From: Hydrolagus affinis
Taxonomy: Eukaryota
Reading direction: 5' to 3'
DNA length: 64,000 nt
NCBI GenBank assembly: GCA_012026655.1
Contig: JAAILG010000074.1
Location: 1-64,000 of the forward strand
Shown here: piece by piece, positions 12,236 to 25,084 of the stretch
Layout of the letters: each line of letters opens with the position of its first letter
Numbering within the stretch: position 1 is the stretch's first letter
The notes under the pieces: generated by a model
Told to the model about the DNA's origin: nothing
The model's database searches: none
The model's input: only the letters and a program-made list of their open reading frames with translations
Position numbers and translations under genes: made by a program

Positions 12236-13837
12236 CAATATTTTAATGAGTTATCTCATCTTAAAAAATGAACAGTCTTACAATAAGCATTCTCATTTGT
12301 ATAGATATCATTAAAAAATTACTGCTTTTTAACTCTACTTTTATATTAGAAATCGTTAATTTCATTGGCTATCCCTAACTGAATAGCAATGGACTAAATA
12401 GGCTTTCCATCTTTTACAAATATCTCATAGAATACATATAAATTGCGTAGGATTCATACAATAGATGTAAGTTTCTTTTGTCTACATTATCTGATTGCAG
12501 TGAATGTCATCCACAGTTACATTAATTTTAAGCAATCGTTTTCAATATCTCTCTAAAGTACAATTATCCAAGAAATAACAAAGTTTCAAAATACTCATTG
12601 TAAAATACATAACCTTCAGTGGAAGATTGCGACAATTCAACAGTAGTGCAAGTGCTACATTCCACCAAAGTATTCCACTTATGCTTTTTAATGTCAAGGT
12701 GGAGCAGACTGAACAAGAATCTTTTGATTAGTCAAAGCTAATATAGAAGAAAATGATTTCAGGATGAATCACAGCAAACATTGATTTGTTCTGTGTTTAC
12801 ACTGCCCTCAGCTGGTAAGAGAAATATCCATCCTGATTTGCAATTGCAGTATTGTACAAATATCATACGGTTATCTTTTTTTTAAAAAAACAAATTGCAC
12901 AACTTCTGAATTATAGACAATATCAAAGGCAGTTTTCTTCCTCCAGACTTATTTCCATCAATAATTCTGGTGCCACGATTATCAAACAGAACTATTGTTC
13001 TGCTTTAGATTACTCACACAAAGCAAGTATTATTATATGGAAAACACGCATCATTAAAATCATATGCTGGACGTTCGGAAGGAAATTTTAAAGGTATGCT
13101 GCAGTAGTTGATGACAGAAACTATTTCATTATAAGTAAATAATTCAATTCTTTTGTAATTAACAAAATAATTCTGAATCAATTGTAATCCACAATAACTG
13201 TTCAAGCAAATGGGTGACACAACAGTTTATCACAGCTGAAGTGAATACCTTATTACAATGAGCATTAATTTTACAAAAAATCTTTAGAGTTTTATACAAC
13301 AGATGGTGTTGGCAATTGATTTATGCATTCACCCGAGTACCATCTTGCTGACTGCCAACGTTTATCTGGGAAGCTTACTTCATTATCCTGCTTTTTTTTA
13401 AAAAAAACTCTTCCATTGTGTGAAATATTAGCTATGTGCTGAAAACTTAACTCAGCTCAGTCTTCCATGTTACAAGTATTGTGTATGCTTCAGTGATTAA
13501 TTGCATTGTTCTGAATGCCTGAACTACCTGATGTTCACTGCTGATAAAAGAGACAAACATTCCACAACGTGCTAAAAGGTGTACCAGATGTGCTTCATTA
13601 AACATGCTGCCAGGAATGTTGTGGAGATGCCTTTCATTACTTAATGCAAAAGAGATTGATGATGTTAAGCTACCAGAGTTCTCCAACTGTAAGTGTTTTG
13701 TAACTGTGTAGGAGTCCAGAGTTGTTTTTGGAGGGGAAAAAAAAGTTTGATTTGGTGTTAAACACACAGGGCTCAACATTCTGCTAGCCAAACAGTGCTT
13801 GAGCAAAGTGGTTTTGGCAGTGGTACTGTCTAATACT

Positions 13838-14196
13838 TAATAACAATAAAATTATATTTGTATAGGGCCTTTCATGTCGGGAGGACATCCCAAGGCGCTA
13901 GACAATCCGTGTATCGGACCCGAACTGGGGTCGGGATCGCGGAGAGTGGAAAGCAAGGTGGGGGAAGGATGATGACAGAAGGCATAGTCGAAGAGGAGGT
14001 TCTTGACATGGGTCTTAAAAGGAGGCAAGCTGGGGGACGTGATGCAAGCTGTTGCCCACTGAGCATAGAGAGTGGGCAGGTTGGTAGGGGGTTAGAAGGT
14101 CCCAGAGGTTGGGGGGAGCAAAAACCATGGAGAGCTTTGAAGCTGAGGACCAGGGTCTCGAACTGTATTCTCTGTGTGATGGGAAGTCAGTGCAGT
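13838..14196 (-). mobile_element. L2 LINE 3' fragment
   Basis: Reverse L2 tail (TATAGGGCCTTTCATGTCGGGAGGACATCCCAAGGCGC) plus the reverse of the LVLSFKALHG motif. Confidence 0.85.
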
Positions 14197-15125
14197 CAAC
14201 AACAACAACTTTGATTTATATCCCTCTACGCCGGACGGTGTCTCAGAACGCTTCACAATAACGGATCCCAGGCCCAAGCCATGGGCAGGGGGAAAAAGGT
14301 GACCAAAGGTGCTGTCGAAAAGAAAGGTCTTGAGCTGAGACCTGAAACTAGGAAGAGAGGGGGTGAGGCAAAGGGGGTGAGGAAGGGGATGAGGAAGGGG
14401 GTGAGGAAGGGAGTTCCAGAGCTTCAGGGCCTAGAGGCCGAAGCCATGTCTACCGATGGTGGAGGGAAGGATTTGGGAGCCAAGGAGGAGCTAGGATGGG
14501 ATGATAGGGTTGCAAAGCCTGGTGTGGGAGAGGATACGGACTGAGGTGTGGAGGCCAATTAAGAGGGCCTCAGTCTTATTGACATTCAACCATAGAAAGT
14601 TAGCTCTCATCCAAGACTTGATATATGACAGACATTCCGTCAAGACTGCAGTAGTCCTGGAATCAACATTGGTGGCATAGAGATAAAGTTGGGTGTCATT
14701 CGCATACATGTAGAAATTGACCTAATGTTTGCAGATGATGTCACCAAGTGGGAGCATATAGAAATTGAAGAGGGGACCAAGGACAGAACCCTGAGGAACT
14801 CCGCACGAGACAGTGCGGGGGCTAGAGGAGAAACCGTTTGTGGAGATAAGAATAAGAATAATAATAATCCTTGCATTTGATATAACGCTTTTCACGTCTT
14901 CCAGACGTCACAAAGCGCTTCACAGAATATACTGTAAAGTGAATTGACTGTATATATGTGGGAGATACGCAGCAACCAATTGCGCATAGCAATTGGTGAT
15001 TGTGTGAGGTAGGATCTGGACCATTCATGGACAGAACCATGAGGATAGAGGAAAGGCGGTGGATAGGATAGAGTGGTATCGAAGGCAGCAGAGAGGTCAA
15101 GGAGGACAAGGGGGCAGAGGGAGTG
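14197..15125 (-). mobile_element. L2 LINE with RT core, internally deleted and interrupted by a SINE
   Basis: (CAA)n tail at 14197. Minus-strand motifs [30 protein letters not shown] (YADD) and IKSWMRANFLWLNVNKTE. Confidence 0.92.
14851..14992 (-). mobile_element. SINE 3' half nested in L2
   Basis: AATAATAATCCTTGCATTTGATATAACGCTTTTCACGTC...GCAGCAACCAATTGCGCA. Confidence 0.9.
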
Positions 15126-15149
15126 AGCCCTGATCGCATATGGACAAAA

Positions 15150-15370
15150 TGCATGGAAATTGTGCTGTTTCAGTGTCACAAGATCAAATTCTGATGGGTG
15201 TGTCATATTCCAGTACAGTGCTGGGGAAGTTGCTGCATTATCGGATCTGCCATCCTTCAGATGTGGTATCAAACCAAGGTTCCCTCTGCCTAATAATGTG
15301 GACTTAAAGATCTGTTTGTAAATAAGGAAGTTTGTCCCCATAACTTGACCAACAATCCTCCAGATAAAAT
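15150..15370 (+). mobile_element. Old Deu-domain SINE (SacSINE1/AmnSINE1-like) fragment
   Basis: GCTGCATTATCGGATCTGCCATCCTTCAGATG...AAACCAAGG...GTGGACTTAAAGATC resembles the recalled Deu consensus. Confidence 0.6.
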
Positions 15371-16454
15371 TAAGCAATTTCAAAGTTTTTAATGACACCA
15401 CCTTATACTCCTACAACAATCAAATCTTTTTACTGATTTGCACAGGACCAGTATCGGGCATTAAAAGCTCACAGGATTTTAGAGACAATTAATGCGTGTT
15501 TTCCTCCATTAACTCCCCTTAAGCAATTAACATGAAAAAAAAACTCTAGATAATGCTGGCTATTTATAACTGAGCCTTCAATATATGATGTGCATTTTAA
15601 TGATTTAATTATTAATATTCCCTAGGTTCCTTAAAGAGGCAGTTAAAATATTTACAGGTGGTGTTGTCGAGCATACAAGTTATAGCACATAGGCTTCTCC
15701 TCCTTCATGATAAGATAGAAGAGTCACACTCGACTTCAGCGAATTGCACTGTCGGCTCCATTAAAAACTTGTAAGATTTTCAAATCTGCTGTATTACCTG
15801 AGTGTAAAATACTTGGAAGCATCTGAGGAATTTCCCCATATTGATAATGGGCATTTGAAGAAGCTGATTTTGATGCAGGAGCTCTTTAAATAATGTTGTG
15901 CAGAAAGTTTTTAAATAATAATCCTTGCATTGTACCATGTGGAAAAATGAATGTAAATCTAAATGGACAATTATACACGACACAAGGCAAATGCTGGAAT
16001 AGAAGTGTGCACACATGATATAGTGAGATTAGTCATCATGATAATACAAAGTAATGAGTTAGGAAATTAGAATCTCAAAATGGGATTCTCAGATTGGAAT
16101 ATCCAGTCTAATGGGAGGTAACTGAAGCTAAAATCAACTGTTTATCCAAATGCAACTAACAATTCACAGCACTCATGTTTTAAATCCAAATTAATTTTTC
16201 AAGTTGGTAATCACAATTTTATATTGAATAGATGAAGAAATAAGAATGGTTTATAGTCCTGTAGTTAAGAAATTAGGAATTTAATTTGCTGAGCTTGAAA
16301 AGATGCTGACCACAAGATAATAAGTCTCTATTCATGCTGCTGAATGCAAGCCAATATTGTTTGATTAAGTTTGTGTCAGTGCCACCTGATCTCTTTTGCA
16401 CGCTCATCCTGCTGTATTGTTTATGCCCACGAACAGTTCATTTATTTAACGGAA

Positions 16455-16710
16455 GCATACAGTCACTATATTTGATAGTATATCCTGTGAAGTGTTTCGA
16501 GACACCCTGCACATATGCAAGTCATTATACCAATTGCAAGGATTATATTTATTATAATGCAGATTACAATACAATTTATATAGTGCTTCTCACATTCGGG
16601 GGGACATCTCAATATGCTGAACACTGTATTAGAATTGTATTGATCTGGTTGTGGAAATCAAAAGGGGTGGAGAAGGGAATGATGACCGAAGGTGCAGGCA
16701 AAGATTACTA
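16455..16710. mobile_element. SINE tail (+, about 16455-16555) tail-to-tail with an L2 tail (-, about 16560-16710)
   Basis: CCTGTGAAGTGTTTCGAGAC...TGCAAGGATTAT, then TTTATATAGTGCTTCTCACATTCGGGGGACATC...GATGACCGAAGG. Confidence 0.6.
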
Positions 16711-18084
16711 ACTCAAATTGGCTCATATTAGCAAATGACATTGTTTTCCAAATTAACCTTTAGGTACTGTGTTTGAATTCTCAACCAAAGTTCACTGCTC
16801 CTAGTTATGCAAAACTCCTCTGGAAAATGCAATAGGTTAGAACTTTCTCTCCATCTACCACCGCACCCCCCAACCCACCACCCACCCTGCTTTCTGTAAA
16901 AAAAAAAATTTAAATTGATAAACTTGCAACTGAAAATGTCATGCAGTCACAAATCCATTGCAAATAACATTTGTGACAAAAATAGTAGGCTCGAATGCAT
17001 TTGAGCAGGAGAAAATCTTCAGAAAATCAGTCATTTAGTCTTTTCTTATGAGATTGCAGAGGTTTCAATAATAGAAAAAAGAAGGAAATTAGTGTATTTT
17101 CTTTGGAAAAGCGGAGTCAATTAAACTATCTTTTCAATCAAAATGAATCTTTGAGTAATGTGGAATTATTTGGCTTCCATTATGTATTTCTGTCGAATAT
17201 ATTACCTTTATCTTCTTTTCGCATTTTCAGCTAGAAATATACTGCAGTTCATCTCAACTCACATGTATACATCACAACATATTGTCTGATCTGAAGTATA
17301 TATTGTACCAATTATTGCACATGAACTGTCACACTTGAAACAAGCAAAGAAAAGGCAAACAGAAAACTGCAACATGCAACTCCAAGACGATCCAGCAGTT
17401 GCTTTTAGCTGCCTTTGGTTCTAAACGTGAAGGATACTGCTGAGAGCACATCAGTCTTTGTGAACTTGACAGTACACTGTAAATATAACAGATCACCCTA
17501 AAGCAAATTTTGTGCAAGCATGTGAGTGTGTTCTATATAATACAAGAGTAATTTAGTACAATAATGATTGATTGATTTGAGATGCCAGTTGGACGTTTAT
17601 CTCATTGTGGTGCACAGATCAGTCACCCTTGGTTTTGCTTTGATTCCTCTGTTCATTTTTATCATGAACATGGGCCTATCTTTTGGGATTAGATGAATAA
17701 TTCCTGGCGCGTTCAAAGAACGTTACTGTGGCTACAAAGAAGCTGTACAATATACATCTCGCCCTTGTGTGGAATCTAGTCAATAAGTTTCCATGCACTG
17801 TTCAGGCCCTGCAGTTTGGAGGTCTGCTCTCCTTAAAGTTCGTCAAGGAAATACATTAGTTTATTCAACTTTCTATTTTTGGAGGATAACATTTGTATTC
17901 TAAATAGCACCTTTACTAGTAATTAATGTTTTGAGAATCAAGTTTTAAACCTATTTCACTGGAATAAATTGTTCAATTTCAAACCAAAATTAATATGTAA
18001 CCTTTTTAATTTAAAGTTTCCAGTTGTAAAAACATGATTTAACTTCTCAGACACATTTCTGTCCCCACACAATACAAGAACAGA

Positions 18085-18272
18085 ATGAGAAATAGTCCCG
18101 GGCAACAATCCCCCAGAAAAAAAATTGCTCATTTGCTTCAGGGCTGTGTAATATTAGCTGCCACACTCCTGTACAAAATACAGTCACTACTACACTTCAC
18201 ATTATATCCTGTAAAGCGCTTTGAGATGTTCCCTCGACGTGAAAGTACTACATCAAATGCAAGGATTATTAT
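18085..18272 (+). mobile_element. SINE 3' portion
   Basis: CCTGTAAAGCGCTTTGAGATG...ACGTGAAAG...CAAATGCAAGGATTATTAT. Confidence 0.75.
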
Positions 18273-20632
18273 CAGTAATTACTCAGAGTTTCAGTTTTAA
18301 TAAAAAATAATTTGGGTGCTACAGCATCTTAACTAGTGCACTGAATTGATGCTTCATAAAGTAACTGTAGATGTCCTCTGACGTGAAAGGCGCTGTACAA
18401 TGTAATTTATTGCTGTAGACATATTCTTACTCACAGTTTCCAGCGACACTGCATAAGCGACAAAGTTATTTGTATTTTAAGGAATTCAAGAGTAAATTCA
18501 CACAAAGGACATCGATGAGAAATGCATTGCAAAAGCTGCACTTGCAGGAAATCCCACCCTGGTTGGAAAGGGTTAAACATATTGTGAAGGAACATCTGGT
18601 TTCTTTGCTGTGAACTTGTTTTCTTTCGAAAATGATGTATATACCTTCACAGCATAGTCATGCTTCCTGTGTGGTCCAGCACTTTTTGAAATACATGCAT
18701 AATTTTCTCTCTCCCTCCCACCACCACCCCCCACCACACACACATTTAATCAATTTTATATGTCTTTCTCTCTAAATGTTTGCACTTCATCTGAATTCCA
18801 GAACAGAGGTTTGTTTTGGCATCAAATCAATAAATAAGTATTTTGGTCTCGTTTTTTGCCCCCCACAATAATCATAACCACCAACAATTCAGATTTGACT
18901 CTGACTGCAGAAAAAAACATGTTTATCAACTTTATGTTGTGTGGGGTTTTCTATTACTTGGGAACTAACATCACAGGAAGCCAAAATGAGAGGAACGAAT
19001 AGCATTCAGCCAAAGTAATGGATCTTGAAACGCTGCAATATATTATGGGAGTAACATTGTTTAAAAATCAATGTCTTTATTTTACTTATCAAAATACCCA
19101 AATGTGGGAAGTCTGGTCCTAATTTCAATCATGCTATTTGGTGTAAAACCATATGTATACATTGTGGATCTGAGGAGGTCACAATCTCCTATCCACAGGA
19201 GATTCAACCAACAGTAAGGGGCTTGTATATTTTTATGATTTTAAAGTCCGGTCAAATGTTAAGGTCCACGGTTCAGGAATTCTCCCATTTCCAAAGCTGT
19301 AAAAATGACCATATTCGTACTGATGGCAACTAACAGAAAGCAATGGCCCCGTGACAATACATTGTATAACTAAAAGGTTGTGTCCCAAATCTCTGCTGGA
19401 TCCAGAAAATAACTTTAAAGTTGTTGCCATTTGCAAAATAAAATATTGTGTCAGCACAATTGGTATTTAACAGTTGTGCACTTCTTTTTCAGAGAATTCT
19501 TACCATATTATTTGCCGATTTATCACCCATCACCATCATAACTAGAGATTATCAGTAGCTCATAGCATAATACAAGCAATTCAGTGGTTTCCCAGAACAC
19601 TGTAGGTTTATTGCCTCATTCTGAGTAAAATAATCTATTAGATACAGCAGGGAGGATCTGATTAACTGGATCTAAAAGCAGCAGTAATAAAGCACGACAT
19701 GAAATGTGCAATGGGTGTGCGCAGTTTTTGAAGCAACACTTGATTGTTTAGAGTCAACAAGGAAACTAACTCTGCCCCTGTTTCCGAAATGTCTGCATAG
19801 GTCGTGTTGCAGAGATGTCTGGAGCCAGGCACAGCCAAAGCAGCATTGCTAATTTGAAAATATTCCCAGGAATAGGAGGATCCCAGAAAGATAATTTATT
19901 GTCAGTGTTTGCTATTTTGTCCACAGGTAAATTGCACACATATTTACGTGAATAGATGTGCACACTTATTTGGATAAATACTAATATCTAAGATCCACCA
20001 GATACAATATACTGTAATATTATTAAACTACTGGTCATTTTACATAGAAAGGCTTTTTTTCTTTTTAAAGCAAGAGAACGAATGTTATTCAAACAGTCAT
20101 GAATTATCCAGTTGTTGAAGTGGTTCAAAAAGTATTTATTAGTTATTGCAAATATCCATGTGACCCATAGGAAATATACAATGGTGTATGATTGTGCAGA
20201 AAACAATTTCAAGTGTTGTGTCATGTGCCCTGTAGAACTGACAAATATCAGCAGCAAGATATGAACTATGACTACAGTACTGAGAAAGAATATGCTGTTG
20301 GAGGGATTGTCTCGGGAAAACAGAGCAGATATTTTGGTAATTTTCGTAAGGATGACAAAAGTAAGGCAACATATTCAACTTGAGAGATAACATTTGTCAG
20401 TAGTGAACGCCTGATTATCCTCTCAGTCAATGTGGATAATGACACTAATGGAAACTGTAGACTGCATCTTACAGTGTACATACAAGGAACTTAATATGTC
20501 TTAAGAAAGCAGGGACTAAGAAAAACTGCATTCACCCATCAAATCCACTCCTTCCACAGACTACACAATATGTCATATCATGGATATCCAACCCACCCAG
20601 TTATCTGAAAAGCTACTTCACAATTCCCAAAG

Positions 20633-20705
20633 GTAATAGTAATTCTTACATTTAAAATAGCACCGTTCAAGTCTCAAAAGCACTTCACAGGATACACTGT
20701 AAAGT
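20633..20705 (-). mobile_element. SINE tail fragment
   Basis: GTCTCAAAAGCACTTCACAGGATACACTGTAAAGT. Confidence 0.6.
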
Positions 20706-21519
20706 ACAATAACTGTTGGCAAAGGTAAGAAAAAAAACTCCAGAAAATTCTTCCTTCCCTTCAAAGTTACTATTCCATTTAACCCAAGATCCAAGTATAA
20801 TATCAGGTTAAACAGCATATCCCATATAAAAGCCCATCCTAACAGCATACAATTATACTGTGCAAGTGCTACGATATTGCTGTTTGGGGGAGTTTTGGGG
20901 AAAAGTTCATTTTTTAATATCTACTGAGCATAATTTTAAAATTACTCCTGATGGTATGATAAATATACCTCCCAAGGCTTGTAAAGATAGATTTTTGTTT
21001 CAATATTTTTTTGTCACATGTAGGCACCTCAAGCACTATGGATACTAAATCCAATGGATGAAAGTAATCAAAGCATTATGAATAGTCAGAACATGTGATA
21101 GTAACCAAAGAAATCACTGAATAATTAAGTTACTAACCACAAATTATCACCTGGAATTAAAGTTAAGGAGTATTTTAAATGTATACACACAAGAACCCAA
21201 ATGGATAATAATTAATTGAATGCACAATACAAAGCAATTTACTTTTATCTACTGCCTTTCACACCAGGAGAACAATACATCAATATATATATAACATCCA
21301 TTTTAAATGGTAATGAAATATTTCATTTAATTAATCTGTAAGATTGAGCCAGCTCTTAATGTGATACCCAGTTTACTTCTCTATCATTGGAATCTGAGAG
21401 TCGAAGTTCTGCATTAAAAATCTCAAATAAATATATTGGGCCATGGTTGTGAACAGTATTGTCGCTACATGAAATAACCATTCTGGAGTAAAACCTACAA
21501 CCAAGGAAAGCTTTGTATT

Positions 21520-21975
21520 ACATTAGGGATCAATGTTACATCGTTCCCAGCAATATAGTGTGGGTATGGCACAATCATCCCCGATGTACAGGTGTGACGG
21601 CTGCACTTTTATAAAGGAGTATGGAAGAAGAATCTTGTGGTGCCAGCATACATTTCTGAGAGAAAAAGTGGGAGTTGTCACACAATGGTAGACAGATTGG
21701 TCCTCAAACAACTGTTGCACAGAAGGTAGTTGAGAGAAAATTAAAATGGTTCAGACATATGATTTGGATGGGCTCAGACACGACTCAGTTGGCAATACCG
21801 TGCTATTAGATCAGAAAATGAAGTACAATGAGGCATAAAAGATATTTGATAGATTGTGCACAGAAGGAAATGCGAGCAAAGGGAAATCATTTGGCAACTG
21901 GAACGGTGCTGGCAAGGAAATGAAAGGGTTGGCAACTCTTCACCCAGTCTCATCATCTTTCATGATGATGAAAAA
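21520..21975 (+). mobile_element. Degenerate RTE-clade LINE 3' fragment
   Basis: Translated pieces YGRRILW and VAQKVVERKLKWFRHMIWM resemble the RTE C-terminal RRIL and RRLxWFGHVxRM motifs. Ends near a GATGATGA/purine-rich tail. Confidence 0.55.
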
Positions 21976-23539
21976 CAGCAAAAGAAGGAACGAGAGAGAA
22001 TAACCAGTTTTAAAATTATTCAGCGACTAGATGGTTGTAGCTGAGAACAAATAATATTAGAACTTTATTTTGCATTGTTTGTGATTTGGGCAGGCTGCTG
22101 AATGTTATGGTAGTTTCAGGGCTTCATGAACTGACTTGAATCCGTATGTCAAGTGGAATTTTGAAAATGTTTAGATTACTTGTCAGGAGGCGGGAATTGT
22201 TCCATTTGTGAGGTTTATGAGGAAAATTGGTATCTGCTGACCAGAAATTAAGATTAGGTTTATTTTTGGCTGAATGTATTACGGGTTAATATCAATTTAT
22301 GGTAAAGGAATCAGTGTAAAAGTGAACATTGGCATTTAATGTTTTAATTACTAATCTCTTTCAGGATGTGGAACATTATCTCCGAATGATTTGGAAACCT
22401 GCAGATATCGCACCAGTGTGATGAGCAGATTGAATGGAGAGCCAGTCTGCTTTGCCAACCGCCTCCAGCCAATTTACATAATACTCAACAATAGATCATG
22501 ATGCCACTGTGCATCTTGATATATCCAGATTGCCAATGGCTCGGATATATTTCACTGCCTCATAAAGTAAGTGGTGGCTCCTCCAATGTGCTTTGGCTCT
22601 GCAGTGAGACTGTTGACAGCTTGTACTAGTCAACTGTGTCTGACAAAGTGTCATAGTCGACCCTCTGACTTGTGTGTTGTAATTCAAAGATGGAGGACAG
22701 AAGAACTTGCACTCTTGTCAACTCCTCACTGGCACAGGGACAGCACTGGCACACTTGCAGCCCTTAGATTCTCGACCTTGGAGATGGTATCTATCCTATC
22801 AGATTCACAGCTCTCCTCTGACATGGAAATCCCTTCCGTGAAGTCATACGAGAATCAACTTAATACTGGATTTTGGACTGTGTATGAAATGGATATTTTA
22901 ATAAGGTGACCGCACGTGCTCCACAGAAGACAAAGTGCCACAAAGTAACTCATTACTGCAGGTGGAGAAAACAATTGTGAACACAGGATAGGATACTTAT
23001 CTGAAGATTTTTTTAAAAAAAAACTTCATAAAACAAGTTTATCAGAGAAGTTATTTTGAGCATTGCTAAGCTGATATTATTTACAGTATATGCATATTAC
23101 TAACTTTCTCAGCTGTACCCTGCACACTTCCACCTTTCTCGGAACAAGAGACTCTAAGGCTTTTGTGAATGTCATTTTTAAATAGGCTACTAGCTACACA
23201 AGGGCAGTCTGACTTAATTCACCAGCTATTTTTTTTCCCCTTCATCCCTATGGGGAAGCTCCCAGTCTCTGCTTGATACTTGGCACACCATGTGGGAAAT
23301 CGCAGCATGAATCTACATCCTACTATTGTGTGGCACAGCTTGTTGAAACACGGTTACATCGTTTTGACTCTGTACTAATTAAAGTGCAATGTTCAAATTT
23401 ATAGTCACATTGAAACTGTAATTGTAGACTTCATTTGTAAATCAGTATCATGTCTGTAGAGATTGCCATTCGATTTTAATTAAGCGCAGACTAATATTTT
23501 TTGAATACATTTGGCACTTTTCCCCCAAAGCCGGAGACC

Positions 23540-23935
23540 AGTGCTTGGGCTACTGTTCCACAGCCAACAGCATCTCCTGACCCAACATGCTAGTTCTTCA
23601 TGTGGAATTCTGCCAGTAGTAAAAGCTGGGCAGCTATTCAAAAGGAGATCATTACAGCCAAGGTTACCATACTAACTTTACATACATGTATTTAAATAAT
23701 AATAACCCTGGCTTTAATGCAGCTCCTTACCGTGGCATTGCAATGTCTCAATGCAAGATTTTTACTGTGAAGTGTAGTGACTGTATATTTTATAGGTGAA
23801 CTTTGCAATAGAAATCACTTGATAGTAATCAAAAGTAGGAATTTAGCTCATTTCCTCCTCTCACCCAAATGCGAGTGCACCAATTATAGCATCCCAATTA
23901 CTGCTCCATGTGAGTTCAGCTAACTTAACACATGC
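23540..23935 (-). mobile_element. AmnSINE2-like element split by a SINE-tail insertion (about 23697-23810)
   Basis: TTCTTCATGTG...GCTATTCAA...ATTACAGCCAAG before the insert. CCAATTATAGCATCCC..TACTGCTCC..GAGTTCAGCTAACTTAACACA after it. Both are collinear with the reverse of the recalled AmnSINE2 consensus. Confidence 0.6.
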
Positions 23936-24858
23936 TCCAACCTTCTCTGCAAGAGAATCCTCCAGATTGTGTCTTAATCCACATGGCTGTTAGGAAAGCA
24001 GCCATATGGGGAAAAAGTCACACTTTATATGTCAAATTGTTTCCAGATTTGATTCAGAAGCAATCCCACTATTTATTTCAGCAGGCGCAATCACTTATGA
24101 ACGCTAAGTATAAAGCTCAGGGAAGTGATACATTTGGATTATAAAAAGCATCAGTTTCTCAAAATACAATTCACAATTGAATTGAATTTACAATTCACTG
24201 TCACAGTAGGTAGTTGTATTTCAGTCTTGTATCGTTTACGTTAGGACAGTTTCAAAAGTAGTTACAGTAAAGCTCAGAGACCATCTGGTAATTCTTTGAA
24301 ATTCCTTCTGTGATCTCAGTTTGGCGATTAGAAGAATGCAAATATACAAGCTGTTGGCAGTCTATTTTAAAAGCGACAATTTCAGATCAGACCCCAAAGT
24401 ACCTGGATTTCCGGTTCTGCTTTGAGTTAGTGTATTCAAGATATAGCTATCCTTTTATTTGATCGAATTTATATCTCAGTATGAATTGCAAGATTGCTAT
24501 TTGCTATGTTTTAAGTTTGGACAACCAGAACACATTTCATTACTTGGGCATGTTTTACATGTCAGAACTGTAAATTCATGAAAATTTGATGGAGTTTGTT
24601 TTATGCATAGCTTGAATCTTCACTCGAGTAATTTAAAAATAATTATTTAAATTCAGAGCTGTTCCTTGGTTCAAACCCTGAAAATGAAGGTTTGATTTTA
24701 ACTGACTTCATGAAAATAATTTGATCTCATAATAATGAAATTAACAAAAAAAATACAATTTAGTACAAAATAAAATCTAGAAACTTGGCTGCATTGGTTA
24801 ACTATGATATTAAGTGGCACTGTTCAAATTTTTATTTACTACTGTCCCAATGCCACAC

Positions 24859-25084
24859 CGGTTACAGCTCGATAGTCTGAAGCTTCCCCTAACCCTAACA
24901 CTTGGACTAATGAAGTTTCAGACTATCGCACCAAATGTTCGGATTAACGAACCTTATTTTCGGATTATCGAGAGGTAACCACGGTAACCGCCCCGGGTAT
25001 AGGAAATTTGTGTGTTCGGACTATCGAACCTTCGGACTATCAAGCCTTCAGACTATTGAACCTTTGGACTATCGAGTGCCCCCC
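24859..25084. mobile_element. MITE-like DNA element with TAACCC motif and 16-bp tandem repeats
   Basis: 5' CGGTTACAGCTCGATAGTCTGAA is inverted relative to TTCGGATTATCGAGAGGTAACC. Four copies of TTCGGACTATCGAACC at 25015-25078. CpG-rich. Confidence 0.7.

Noticed and set aside
11853-12314. Pro/Ser-rich 153-aa ORF
   Set aside because: Off-frame translation of the C-rich L2 3' region.
19988-20481. Hydrophobic minus-strand ORFs suggesting a GPCR or taste-receptor pseudogene
   Set aside because: No convincing family motifs, and the pieces are short and in different frames. AT-rich DNA yields hydrophobic translations by chance.
25015-25078. Repeat array resembling CRISPR
   Set aside because: Contiguous 16-bp units with no spacers, no cas genes, and a eukaryotic context.
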